Positions 1-8,776 of a DNA stretch of 25,568 nt are shown here, piece by piece. The stretch is from positions 1-25,568 of the forward strand of contig JANQRQ010000201.1 in NCBI GenBank assembly GCA_028284485.1, given 5' to 3'. The position numbers and the translations under genes were made by a program. Under the pieces are notes generated by a model. That model saw only the letters and a program-made list of their open reading frames with translations. It did not search any database and had not been told where the DNA came from. Position 1 is the stretch's first letter. Each line of letters opens with the position of its first letter. Source of the DNA: Planctomycetaceae bacterium (lineage in GTDB: Bacteria; Planctomycetota; Planctomycetia; Planctomycetales; Planctomycetaceae).

Positions 1-1320
1 GTCGATTCCGAGACAATGCATAATCGTCGCCTGCAGATCGTGAATATGCACCGGATGCTCGGCAATGTTGTAGCAATAAGGATCAGTCGCCCCTAGCGAC
101 ATTCCCCCTTTGATTCCGCCGCCTGCCATCCAAATTGTAAAACAGCGAGGATGATGATCGCGACCGAAACTCTTTTCGGTCAGTTTCCCCTGGCAATAGT
201 TCGTGCGCCCGAATTCGCCGCCCCAGATGACCAGCGTGTCTTCGAGCAGTCCCCTTTGCTTGAGATCGAGAATCAGCGCCGCCGAAGCCTGATCGGTCTC
301 CGAGGTTTGCCGCTTGATCCCGCCAGGCAACCCCCCGTGATGGTCCCAGCCCTGGTGGTACAGCTGAATGAACCGGACGCCCCGTTCGGCCAAGCGGCGG
401 GCCAAAAGACAATTGGCGGCGAAGGAACCAGGGTTTCGCGAATCGTCGCCGTACAATTCAAAGATATGCTCCGGCTCGTCGGAGAAATTCGTCGCTTCGG
501 GAATCGAGGACTGCATACGAAATGCCAACTCGTACTGAGATATCCGCGTTTCGATTTGGGGATCGGGGTTTTGCTCCAACTGGTTTTGATGCAATTTGCG
601 AAGTGCATCGAGCATTTCGCGTCGGTTTGCCGCACCGAGGCCGGTGGGGTTGCTGAGGTATAGCACCGGGTCGTCTCCGGAGCGGAACTGCACGCCTTGG
701 TGTTTGGGTGGTAGGAATCCACTCCCCCACAAACGAGAGATTAATGGCTGTCCCTTCTTGTCTTTTGTCACCATCACCACAAAGGCGGGCAGGTCGGCGT
801 TTTCGGTCCCGAGGCCGTAATCAAGCCATGCGCCCATGCTGGGTCGACCGGGGAACTGCGAGCCCGTTTGAACGTACGTTACTGCAGGGCCATGGTTAAT
901 TGCCTCGGTGTGCATCGACTTGATGAAGCAAACCTCGTCCACAATTTTCGCTGTACGCGGCAGCAAATCGCTGACCCAGGCACCACACTCGCCGTGCTGC
1001 CGGAAATTGAACGGTGAACCGACGAGCGGCAGGCTCGACTGATTGCCACTCATTCCGGTGAGACGCTGCCCCTGGCGAACCTCATCGGGAAGTTGCGTTC
1101 CATGCTTTTCATTAAGCAGTGGCTTGTAGTCGAACAAATCCATCTGCGATGGGCCGCCCGATTGGAACAAGAAGATCACCCGTTTGGCCCGTGGCGTATG
1201 ATGAAAATCGTTCAAGACGCCGGCGCTATCGGCGGCCAAACCGTCAAATCGCATCTGATCAGCGAGCGCAATCGCTCCGGCCCCCAGACCGAATCGGTTG
1301 AGAAACGTCCGCCGGCTCAT
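1..1320 (-). CDS. DUF1501 family protein (sulfatase/alkaline-phosphatase-like), TAT signal; 3' end truncated by the window start
   Basis: The reverse strand from the ATG at 1320 (complement) reads MSRRTFLNRFGLGAGAIALA... (RRxFL TAT motif) and then FLFQSGGPSQMDLFDYKP, the hallmark DUF1501 motif. The frame runs open to position 1, ending ...HDLQATIMHCLGID, which is typical of a DUF1501 C-terminus. It is absent from the ORF track because it lacks a stop inside the window. It lies downstream of a PSD1 gene, the canonical planctomycete pairing. Confidence 0.85.
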   Translation of the reverse strand, partial: MSRRTFLNRFGLGAGAIALADQMRFDGLAADSAGVLNDFHHTPRAKRVIFLFQSGGPSQMDLFDYKPLLNEKHGTQLPDEVRQGQRLTGMSGNQSSLPLVGSPFNFRQHGECGAWVSDLLPRTAKIVDEVCFIKSMHTEAINHGPAVTYVQTGSQFPGRPSMGAWLDYGLGTENADLPAFVVMVTKDKKGQPLISRLWGSGFLPPKHQGVQFRSGDDPVLYLSNPTGLGAANRREMLDALRKLHQNQLEQNPDPQIETRISQYELAFRMQSSIPEATNFSDEPEHIFELYGDDSRNPGSFAANCLLARRLAERGVRFIQLYHQGWDHHGGLPGGIKRQTSETDQASAALILDLKQRGLLEDTLVIWGGEFGRTNYCQGKLTEKSFGRDHHPRCFTIWMAGGGIKGGMSLGATDPYCYNIAEHPVHIHDLQATIMHCLGID

Positions 1321-1411
1321 CTGAACGGGACTGTCGTATCCGGTGCAAATCTGACTCAATGAATTAACCCCTGCTGGGAATACCATTGGAATGTGATTCT
1401 ACCGACCCTGT

Positions 1412-4400
1412 CTACCGCTTCATAATGCATTCGTCGAAATTAAACAGCGTATTGGCCACAACGGTCCACGCAGCGTGCTGAACGAGGTCGACTTCCGCAT
1501 CGCGCTGTGAATCGCCGATGGCGAGATACTTTTTCGCGCGATCACGATTCGATTCGAATGCACCCAATTGCTGCTGATAAAGATGACGCACGATGGCTAT
1601 TTCGGAATCGGTGGGATGACGGCTGGTCAGCATGCGAAACAAATCGACGAGAATCGACTCGGAATCCGCACCGTGCATCTGTATTAACCGCTGACTCAAC
1701 ATGCGTGCGGCTTCGACAAACTGCGGCCCATTCATGAGCACAAATGCCTGAATCGGAGACGAAGTCGGTTCGCGTCGGACGCGGCAAACATCGCGTTTCG
1801 ACGCATCGAGTGCCATCATCACCGGGGCGGGGCCGGTCCGTTTCCAGTAGGTATACAAGCTGCGCCGAAACAATCCTTCCCCGCTGTCACGTTTGACCGG
1901 CTTGAAGGAAACCTCGACTTCGTACGGTTTGGCGGGAGGCCCACCAATACGATCGACCAATAAACCTGCTGCCGCCAAGGCATTGTCTCGCAGCATTTCC
2001 GCTGGAAGGCGATAAACCGGCGCACGAGCCAGAAGTCGGTTTTCGGGATCGATGCGCGCGATTTTCGGCCGCGCTGCCGACGATTGCCGATAAGTCGACG
2101 ATGTCACAATTTGCCGAATCAACCGTTTGATATTCCAACCATGGGACACGAAGTCATGGGCCAACCAATCCAATAACAACGGATGGGTGGGAAGTTGCCC
2201 CTGACTGCCGAAGTCTTCCGGTGTGCGCACTAAGCCCGCTCCGAAGAAGATTTGCCAGAAGCGGTTCACCGTAACGCGCGCCGTCAGGGGGTGTTCTGGA
2301 CTCGTCAGCCACCGCGCCAACTCCAACCGAGTCGCTTGCTGATCACTTCCCAACGGCGGCAGGATGGCAGGCGTTAGCGGATCGACAGATTCGTCCCGTT
2401 GGTTGTACGCCCCTCGACGGAGCAGAAACGAAGGACGAGGCTTGGGCAATTCCCGCATGACCATAATTTCATCGATGCCATCCTCAATGGAACAAAGTCG
2501 CTCTCGGGCCTTCTGTAGATCCTGAATCTTCTCGGCGGCGTGCGTATCTTGTGTGAACGAATAGTATTCGAACAGGGACTTCTTTTGCGCATTTGTCAAT
2601 TGCGCCCATGGAGTCGCTAACGCTGCCTTCAGACTGTGGCCGTCGTAAAGCTCGGCAATCTCCAAACCGGAAAGCTGACGATTGAAAACGCGAAACTCGT
2701 CAACCAATCCGTTGGTAAATCCTCTGTCCCGAAATCGCTGACCGATCGTAATTGTGTCGCCACCACCGCCAGTGATGTTCTTATACAAGTTGTCGCGCAC
2801 AACTTCGCATTCCACCTGCTGACCATTGAGCGAGATCGAAAGCCCGCTAGCTCGGCTCGAACCGTCGTAGGTCATGACAACATGCAGCCATTGATCAACC
2901 GGAATTTGGTTTCTTGTGCGAACGCGAATCGCGTTCCCCGGCCAAAAATGAATTAACGATGCGCTAAGACAACCCTCTTCGATCAACAACTGGTATCCGC
3001 GACTAGCGGCGTCCGTCCAGGCCCGCGATCGGTGAAAAACGACGGCACGCTTCTTCTCGTCTGGAGTGTTAATCCACAACGAAATCGAAAATGGTTCGTA
3101 ACGGCGGAAGTTGCCAACATCAAGCTTTACTCCGTCATCGCCCGTTAAGCGGACGGCCTTGCCAACGCGCCCAGGAGCCGAGGAATTTGCCTCTGAAATC
3201 TCGCCTTCAAAATCGACCGTCGCGATGCAACCGGGAAGCAGTCGTTCATTAGACTCCGACTGAGGAGCATCGCCAGTTGTCAAACCACTGTGCTTCTTAG
3301 CGGAATTGCGGAACCATTTCCTGAATTCGGACCTATGGTCGCTGGCGACCTTGCTCAACTGTTGCTCTGCTGTCGCCACATCATCTCGTGCCGCTTGCAA
3401 CAGATCCTTGGTCCCGGCTGATGGCAGAAGTAACGTCGGGGTCGGTACAGCCGGTGTGAAGAAGGAGTAGAGGCCGGCTTCATCGATGTTGTCGAAGAAC
3501 GCTGAAAGCTGGTAGTACTCTTTTTGTGTCACGGGATCGAACTTGTGGTCGTGGCACCGCGCGCATTCCAACGTCAGCCCCAAAAAAGCCGTCGCAAAGG
3601 TCTGTGTCCGATCGGCGACGTACTCGATACGAAACTCTTCCGGTACGCTGCCTCCTTCAACTTTTTGAGGATGCAGTCGGTTAAAAGTTGTCGCCAGAAT
3701 CTGTTGGTCGCTAGCATCGGGAAGCAAATCTCCCGCGAGTTGTTCGGTGATAAATTGATCATAGGGCTGGTTGGCGTTAAACGCCTCGATAACCCAATTG
3801 CGCCACGGCCAAACATAACGATCGCGATCGACTTGATAGCCATAGGTATCGCTATAGCGGGCGACATCCAGCCAATCACTTGCCATCCGTTCGCCGAACC
3901 GTGGTGAGGCCAAAAGGCGATCGATGGCTCGTTCATAGGCACCGGGGCGCGTGTCCTTAAGGAACCGATCCAAGTCCACCAGTGTGGGTGGGAGACCCGT
4001 GAGATCGAAACTAACTCGCCGGAGGAGAGTTGACTTCGGCGCTTCGGCCGCCGGTTCGACGCCAGTCTGGTCCATTCTACTCAATATGAAGGCATCGATG
4101 TTGTTGTTCGGCCACTCGGGTTGACTCACTTGTGGCAACGCAATTGCCTTTGGCGCTATGAACGCCCAGTGGTCGACCCATTCGGCCCCATCGGCGACCC
4201 ACCGTCGGATCAAATCGATTTGTTCGTTGGTGAGCGTCAGTTTCGAGTCAGCAGGGGGCATTCGTTCGTCGGAATCATTCGACGCGATTCTTCGGTAGAG
4301 TTCGCTCTCATCGGGCTTGCCTGGAACAACCGCGGCATAGCCTCCCAGATCGAAGGTTGCTCCCTCAAATGTATCGAGCCGCAAGTCGGTTTGCCGTGTC

Positions 4401-4588
4401 CCTTCATCAGGCCCGTGACAGACAAAACAGTTCTCCGAAAGAATCGGTCGGATGTCGCGGGCAAAATCGACACCATCGGCCGACATCGCGGCCGACGCGC
4501 ACAATAGGCAAGCAGTCAATGCGACAAGTCGCACTGCAGATTTACGGAGATGGTAAGAATTCCGATCCATAATGTCAGACGAGACCAT
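1412..4588 (-). CDS. Planctomycete cytochrome-c domain protein with PSCyt1 + PSCyt2 (DUF1549) + LamG-like + PSD1 (DUF1553) domains, with signal peptide
   Basis: ORF 1412..4672. It has a CxxCH motif (CFVCHGPDEGTRQTDLRLD, PSCyt1) and a second heme-like motif (LECARCHDHKFDP, PSCyt2). A concanavalin/LamG-like segment (SISLWINTP...LHVVMTYDG) sits in the middle. The PSD1 C-terminal signature is present (SLYTYWKRTGPAP...). The likely true start is M29 (4588) or M35 (4570), just before the signal peptide RKSAVRLVALTACLLCASAAMSADG. The track start at 4672 would add a non-signal leader. Confidence 0.85.
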   Translation of the reverse strand: MVSSDIMDRNSYHLRKSAVRLVALTACLLCASAAMSADGVDFARDIRPILSENCFVCHGPDEGTRQTDLRLDTFEGATFDLGGYAAVVPGKPDESELYRRIASNDSDERMPPADSKLTLTNEQIDLIRRWVADGAEWVDHWAFIAPKAIALPQVSQPEWPNNNIDAFILSRMDQTGVEPAAEAPKSTLLRRVSFDLTGLPPTLVDLDRFLKDTRPGAYERAIDRLLASPRFGERMASDWLDVARYSDTYGYQVDRDRYVWPWRNWVIEAFNANQPYDQFITEQLAGDLLPDASDQQILATTFNRLHPQKVEGGSVPEEFRIEYVADRTQTFATAFLGLTLECARCHDHKFDPVTQKEYYQLSAFFDNIDEAGLYSFFTPAVPTPTLLLPSAGTKDLLQAARDDVATAEQQLSKVASDHRSEFRKWFRNSAKKHSGLTTGDAPQSESNERLLPGCIATVDFEGEISEANSSAPGRVGKAVRLTGDDGVKLDVGNFRRYEPFSISLWINTPDEKKRAVVFHRSRAWTDAASRGYQLLIEEGCLSASLIHFWPGNAIRVRTRNQIPVDQWLHVVMTYDGSSRASGLSISLNGQQVECEVVRDNLYKNITGGGGDTITIGQRFRDRGFTNGLVDEFRVFNRQLSGLEIAELYDGHSLKAALATPWAQLTNAQKKSLFEYYSFTQDTHAAEKIQDLQKARERLCSIEDGIDEIMVMRELPKPRPSFLLRRGAYNQRDESVDPLTPAILPPLGSDQQATRLELARWLTSPEHPLTARVTVNRFWQIFFGAGLVRTPEDFGSQGQLPTHPLLLDWLAHDFVSHGWNIKRLIRQIVTSSTYRQSSAARPKIARIDPENRLLARAPVYRLPAEMLRDNALAAAGLLVDRIGGPPAKPYEVEVSFKPVKRDSGEGLFRRSLYTYWKRTGPAPVMMALDASKRDVCRVRREPTSSPIQAFVLMNGPQFVEAARMLSQRLIQMHGADSESILVDLFRMLTSRHPTDSEIAIVRHLYQQQLGAFESNRDRAKKYLAIGDSQRDAEVDLVQHAAWTVVANTLFNFDECIMKR

Positions 4589-4772
4589 AAATTCTGAGTC
4601 TGTGATTTCTAGGTTTCCGCAACCTCTATCATCAAAAACGCCGCCTGATCTCTCAAGCGTAAGATCCCGCATTGTGGCTCAATCGCTTGGAAATCTCCCC
4701 GCATTTTTTGCCGCCAAATCCTGATGCCCTGCCTGCATCGACAGACTGCCCCTCGATTCCGTATGCTGTTAG

Positions 4773-4822
4773 GAGAGTAACTGCGAACGACGTAACGACG
4801 TGAAGAGTAACTGCGAACGACG
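4773..4822. repeat. Tandem direct repeat: 20-bp unit AGAGTAACTGCGAACGACGT twice (4773-4792 and 4803-4822), period 30 bp, inside a divergent promoter region
   Basis: Exact 20/20 match read directly from the sequence. The 10-bp spacer AACGACGTGA re-uses the AACGACGT end of the unit. It lies between the PSD1 start (minus strand) and the TAT-isomerase start (plus strand). Confidence 0.8.
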
Positions 4823-5015
4823 TGATTCGATGGGATTTGTCGAATTTCGTTCGCTGCTCACCTCGCCACTCGAAACGAATACGACGAGCAATGTGCCCTC
4901 GACCTTGGGCGACAGCGCACGCTATTTCGGTGGACAAACAGGCAAACCAAGACGTACCCCAATTCGATCAGAGACTTGGCGATTTGAAATCACAAGCCAT
5001 AAAGGGACCAGTCAA

Positions 5016-5894
5016 ATGACGATCAATCGAAGAGAGTTTCTTCAAGACCTTTCCGCAGTCGGCGCCGTAAGCCTGGGTCTGCAATCGATTGGTCGAACAG
5101 CGTTCGCTGCGGCCCGTGAACACCAGATGAAACTGGGGCTCGTGACGTACTTGTGGGGCAAGGACATGGACCTGCCGACTTTGATTACTTCGTGTGAACA
5201 ATCCGGCCTTTTGGGTGTGGAACTTCGCACGGAGCACGCCCACGCGGTCGAACCGGCCCTTTCCAAGTCCGAACGACAGGAAGTTCGCCGTCGTTTCGCC
5301 GACAGCCCGGTCACCTTGGTCGGCTATGGGTCAAATGCACAGTATCACGAGAACGACCCGAAAAAGGTCAAGCAGAATATCGAATTGACCAAAGAGTACA
5401 TCCGGCTGATGCACGACTGTGGCGGCACGGGCGTAAAGGTCAAACCAAACGGTTTTGTAAAGGACGTCCCCCGCGAGAAAACGATCGAGCAAATCGGTAA
5501 GGCCCTCAACGAAGTGGCCGATTACGGAGCCGAATACGGTCAGGAGATTCGCGTGGAAGTCCACGGACGGGGAACCAGCGAATTGCCAGTCGTGAAAGCC
5601 ATTTTCGATGTCGCCGATCATCCCAATGCGACTGTTTGTTGGAACTCGAACGACGTCGATTTGGACGGCGAGGGGCTGGAATACAACTTCAACCTCGTCA
5701 AAGATCGCTTCGGCGACACAGTTCACATCCGGGAACTTAATGTCGGCGATTACCCGTATGCACAATTGATGAAGCTGTTTTTGGATGCGAATTATTCCGG
5801 TTGGATTCTGCTCGAAGCGCGTACCAACCCGGCCGACAAGGTTCAGGCGATGAAGGAACAACTCGAGGTGTTTACCCAAATGACGCAGCAATAG
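5016..5894 (+). CDS. Sugar phosphate isomerase/epimerase-like (xylose-isomerase-like TIM barrel) protein with twin-arginine signal peptide
   Basis: ORF 4800..5894. The best start is the ATG at 5016, giving MTINRREFLQDLSAVGAVSLGLQSIGRTAFAAA, a classical TAT signal. The remainder resembles AP-endonuclease-2/xylose-isomerase-like TIM-barrel proteins that are abundant in planctomycetes. The upstream in-frame extension (4800-5015) contains the tandem repeat and is probably non-coding. Confidence 0.7.
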   Translation: MTINRREFLQDLSAVGAVSLGLQSIGRTAFAAAREHQMKLGLVTYLWGKDMDLPTLITSCEQSGLLGVELRTEHAHAVEPALSKSERQEVRRRFADSPVTLVGYGSNAQYHENDPKKVKQNIELTKEYIRLMHDCGGTGVKVKPNGFVKDVPREKTIEQIGKALNEVADYGAEYGQEIRVEVHGRGTSELPVVKAIFDVADHPNATVCWNSNDVDLDGEGLEYNFNLVKDRFGDTVHIRELNVGDYPYAQLMKLFLDANYSGWILLEARTNPADKVQAMKEQLEVFTQMTQQ

Positions 5895-6022
5895 CGTAAT
5901 GGACGCTCCTCGCGCATGGCGCTCAAAGCATGCCGCGCAAACTGGAGTTTACCTGATGGGCTGCCGTCAAAATCGGTCCCGCCTGACATGCATTCTGAAT
6001 ACCAAATCGCTACGATGACACG

Positions 6023-6775
6023 ATGTCTCAACCTGAACTACTAATTCCGAAGAAACGACGTCCCCGTCGCAAAAAGCTCCGCAAACTCGTCGAATTCAAG
6101 GGGATTCGCCGACTGAGTTTCCGCCAGTATCGCGAGCACGTGCGACAACTTTACGATGGGCCAGCCGGGGCCGTTTTGGCGCTCGGGAGTATGGTCTCCC
6201 TGCATGAACCACTTGTGGGACATTTGATTCGCTCACGCAAATTTGATGTGGAGCAGTTTCAAAGCGTTCTCGATATTGGCTCTGGGGCCGGTCAGATTCT
6301 GGGACATTTGCTGAAAACAATCAGCCCGCAGACTCGGCTTGTCGCATCGGACCTTTCCCATCAAATGTTGCGCCGCGCTCGCAATCGGCTCAAAAGTGGT
6401 CGGCCGACCTATTTGGCAGCCGACTTGACGCGACTGCCATTTCGCGATGACTCGTTCGACTGCATAACATGTGGGTGGGTTATCGAGCATCTTCCCGACC
6501 CGCGACCCGGGCTGGAAGAACTGGCGCGAGTGCTGCGGCCCCAGGGGAGTCTGCTCCTGCTGGCGACCGAAGACACATTTTCCGGGGCGATGGTCAGCCG
6601 CACTTGGAAGTGCCGCACCTACAATCGCAGTGAACTGGAAAACGCGTGCAACGAATCCGGGTTGCCCTGGAAGGAGCAATTGTGGCTGTCGGGAGTACAC
6701 CGCTTTTTCAAAATGGGCGGCATTCTCGTTGAAGCCACAAAACCGGAAAACGTGGTCGCCCCTCGACCTCGCTAA
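6023..6775 (+). CDS. Class I SAM-dependent methyltransferase (Methyltransf_11-like)
   Basis: Motif I VLDIGSGAGQILGHL. An acidic post-I loop (LVASDLS). Motif LRPQGSLLL. It has a basic N-terminal tail (KKRRPRRKKLRK). It is convergent with the mch operon. Confidence 0.75.
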   Translation: MSQPELLIPKKRRPRRKKLRKLVEFKGIRRLSFRQYREHVRQLYDGPAGAVLALGSMVSLHEPLVGHLIRSRKFDVEQFQSVLDIGSGAGQILGHLLKTISPQTRLVASDLSHQMLRRARNRLKSGRPTYLAADLTRLPFRDDSFDCITCGWVIEHLPDPRPGLEELARVLRPQGSLLLLATEDTFSGAMVSRTWKCRTYNRSELENACNESGLPWKEQLWLSGVHRFFKMGGILVEATKPENVVAPRPR

Positions 6776-6835
6776 AATAGAGAATCATCGATCGCCGGTC
6801 TTCGTCGGCGGATCAGTTTTCGCAGCGCCCCTTGG

Positions 6836-7759
6836 TTACTTTTCGGCGTACCGTATGGGATTCCAATCGCGAGCGAGATTGACCAGCGTCTCCAAGATCT
6901 CGCGATTGGGGCTACAGGCGATGATCCCTTTCATGCGAAGCATATCGGCCCGTTCGTCGTTCCACAGCTCGTGGAACTCTGCCGGCTGATCTGTATCGAC
7001 TCGAATGGCATCGCCTCCCAGAATTCGTGCGATCTGCACGGAAGCGGGAAAATCGTAAATGTTGGGCGTGTGGATCAGCGATCCGCCGAAGTCGCCGCGT
7101 GCCAATAATGTGTAGATGCAGCCAGGCATGTCGTCCGGCGGGACGCCTTGAAGACCGGTATCGGTCACCATTTGCGCCCGCGAAGCATCATGTTGCTGAA
7201 ATCCAATCAAATAGATCTTCTTGGAACCATCCCAGCTTTTCGCATCGACGGGCGTTATGCTGTCCAAAACCTCTCGCGCTGAACGAGACGGATCATCGGG
7301 TCCACAAACAACTTTGTGCTCGACCGCTTCCATCCATGTGCCATGCTCGCCCTCTTCCGGTGCAAATACGAGCGAATAATGAACCGTCTCCGGAGATCGC
7401 AGAGTCAACATCACCGCGTATCCATCAGCCGTTCTGTCGCGATATTGCTTCGTACCGTCAATCGGGTCGAGGGCGATCGTGTAGGGAGCATCGCTGGCAA
7501 AACGGTCCAAATCTCCGGTCGATTCTTCCGCTTCCAGTCGGCACTGGCAGAAAATCGGATCCCGATCTCGTAATGCCGCAACAACCAATTCCTGGATCGT
7601 CAAATCGGCCAACGTCAGGGCATCGGTGTTGGAACTGCCAGATGATTTTCCGTCTAATGCGATGTTAAAACCCCTCAATCGACGCGCGACAGCCCCAGCC
7701 CATCGCATCACTTCCGGAAGATGAGCGCTGAGTGCATCGGTAATTTCTTTTAGTTCCAT
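6836..7759 (-). CDS. Inositol monophosphatase / CysQ / FBPase-superfamily phosphatase
   Basis: IMPase metal-binding motif ALDPIDGTKQY and family-typical length (307 aa). The start ATG overlaps the stop of the upstream ATP-grasp gene (TAATG at 7757-7761 on the minus strand), which indicates translational coupling. Confidence 0.75.
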   Translation of the reverse strand: MELKEITDALSAHLPEVMRWAGAVARRLRGFNIALDGKSSGSSNTDALTLADLTIQELVVAALRDRDPIFCQCRLEAEESTGDLDRFASDAPYTIALDPIDGTKQYRDRTADGYAVMLTLRSPETVHYSLVFAPEEGEHGTWMEAVEHKVVCGPDDPSRSAREVLDSITPVDAKSWDGSKKIYLIGFQQHDASRAQMVTDTGLQGVPPDDMPGCIYTLLARGDFGGSLIHTPNIYDFPASVQIARILGGDAIRVDTDQPAEFHELWNDERADMLRMKGIIACSPNREILETLVNLARDWNPIRYAEK

Positions 7760-8691
7760 TAGCCGTTGTTCCCCAAGTTATCTGTTTTCGTGGTAAGCGA
7801 TTTCATGCGGGCAGCACCACGATCCTTCAAAAAAGTCAACACGAGAGTCGCCACGTCGATATTCGTCGTTCGCTGAAATGCGCGCCAACCCGGCACGGTA
7901 TTCACCTCGATAACATACAGCTCGCCTTGTTTGTTGCACAGTAAGTCAACGCCGGCAAAGACAGCCCCAGTCGCCGACGCCGCCCGAATGGCGAATTCGC
8001 ATTCCAAGTCGCTGGGAAGGTATTTCTCACTGACAGCGCGGCGGGAAATGTTCGTTCGAAAGTCGTCAGCACACGATCGACGCATTGCTCCGACGATCCG
8101 TCCGTCGAGCACAAGGATCCGTATGTCGAATCCCGGATGATCGATGTATCTCTGCAGGTAGAGTACCGATTGCAACCTTTCCAATGTCCGAAATGTTCTC
8201 CAAGCGATGTCCAGATCGCTCACTCGCACGATTCCCCGGCCCTCCGAGCCAAACAGTGGCTTCACGACAACATCGCCACCGAGACGATCGTAGGCTCCCA
8301 AAGCGGATTCTGAATCTTCGCAAACAATAGTTTGCGGGACCGGAAGTCCCGCATGTTCCAATCGCGAAGTTGCCAAGTATTTGTCGACCGCGCACTCGAT
8401 CGATTTCGGAGAATTTAATACATAAACACCAGCCATCTCCAAACGTAGCAACGCATCCATGCGGAATACCACTTGCTCCAGCGATCCAGGCGGCATGGTG
8501 CGCACAATGACTGCGTCAGCGTTTGTCAATTCGACTCCGTCGCAGACCAATGGCCCGAGAGAATCGGTCCCTGCCGAAAAACCACGGAAATCGAGTGGTA
8601 TGATACGTTGAGCCCGGGGCTCTGCGGCCCGCATCAAGTCTTGCAAGTACCAGCTTTTCGCGTTCGCCAAGACGCCAATCTGTTGGGTCAT
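7759..8691 (-). CDS. RimK-family ATP-grasp alpha-L-glutamate ligase (MptN/CofF-like)
   Basis: It is collinear with E. coli RimK, sharing VVVKPLFGSEGRGIV, DIRILVLDGRIVGAMRR, DFRTNISRR, GVDLL and YVIEVNTVPGW blocks. Archaeal homologues of this subfamily ligate glutamate to tetrahydromethanopterin (MptN) or to F420 (CofF). It lies immediately downstream of mch. Confidence 0.8.
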   Translation of the reverse strand: MTQQIGVLANAKSWYLQDLMRAAEPRAQRIIPLDFRGFSAGTDSLGPLVCDGVELTNADAVIVRTMPPGSLEQVVFRMDALLRLEMAGVYVLNSPKSIECAVDKYLATSRLEHAGLPVPQTIVCEDSESALGAYDRLGGDVVVKPLFGSEGRGIVRVSDLDIAWRTFRTLERLQSVLYLQRYIDHPGFDIRILVLDGRIVGAMRRSCADDFRTNISRRAVSEKYLPSDLECEFAIRAASATGAVFAGVDLLCNKQGELYVIEVNTVPGWRAFQRTTNIDVATLVLTFLKDRGAARMKSLTTKTDNLGNNG

Positions 8692-8776
8692 CGGTCTCGA
8701 TCAGGTTGATTCGCCTACGTTGTCGGTCGCATGCCCTTCATCGCAGCGGCCACGATTCTCTGCGTTCGCACGACGC

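Noticed and set aside
151-722. Several overlapping ORFs on both strands at 83..820
   Set aside because: All lie inside the DUF1501 coding region, whose frame is confirmed by the FLFQSGGPSQMDLFDYKP motif. They are alternative-frame artefacts.
4589-4672. Upstream in-frame extension of the PSD1 gene (track start at 4672)
   Set aside because: It would place 28 non-hydrophobic residues before an obvious signal peptide. The internal ATGs at 4588 or 4570 are preferred, though this is not certain.
4653-4937. 94-aa minus-strand ORF spanning the tandem repeat
   Set aside because: Its sequence (ITSFAVTLHVVTSFAVTL) is just the translation of the 20-bp direct repeat. It sits in a divergent promoter and has no ribosome-binding site.
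4800-5015. 72-codon N-terminal extension of the TAT-isomerase ORF
   Set aside because: The extension precedes a textbook RREFL twin-arginine signal, which must be N-terminal. The extension also contains the intergenic tandem repeat.
6789-6821. Possible terminator hairpin between the convergent methyltransferase and IMPase genes
   Set aside because: Only a 5-6-bp GC stem (CGCCG/CGGCG) with an interrupted, short U-run. It is too weak to call as a feature.
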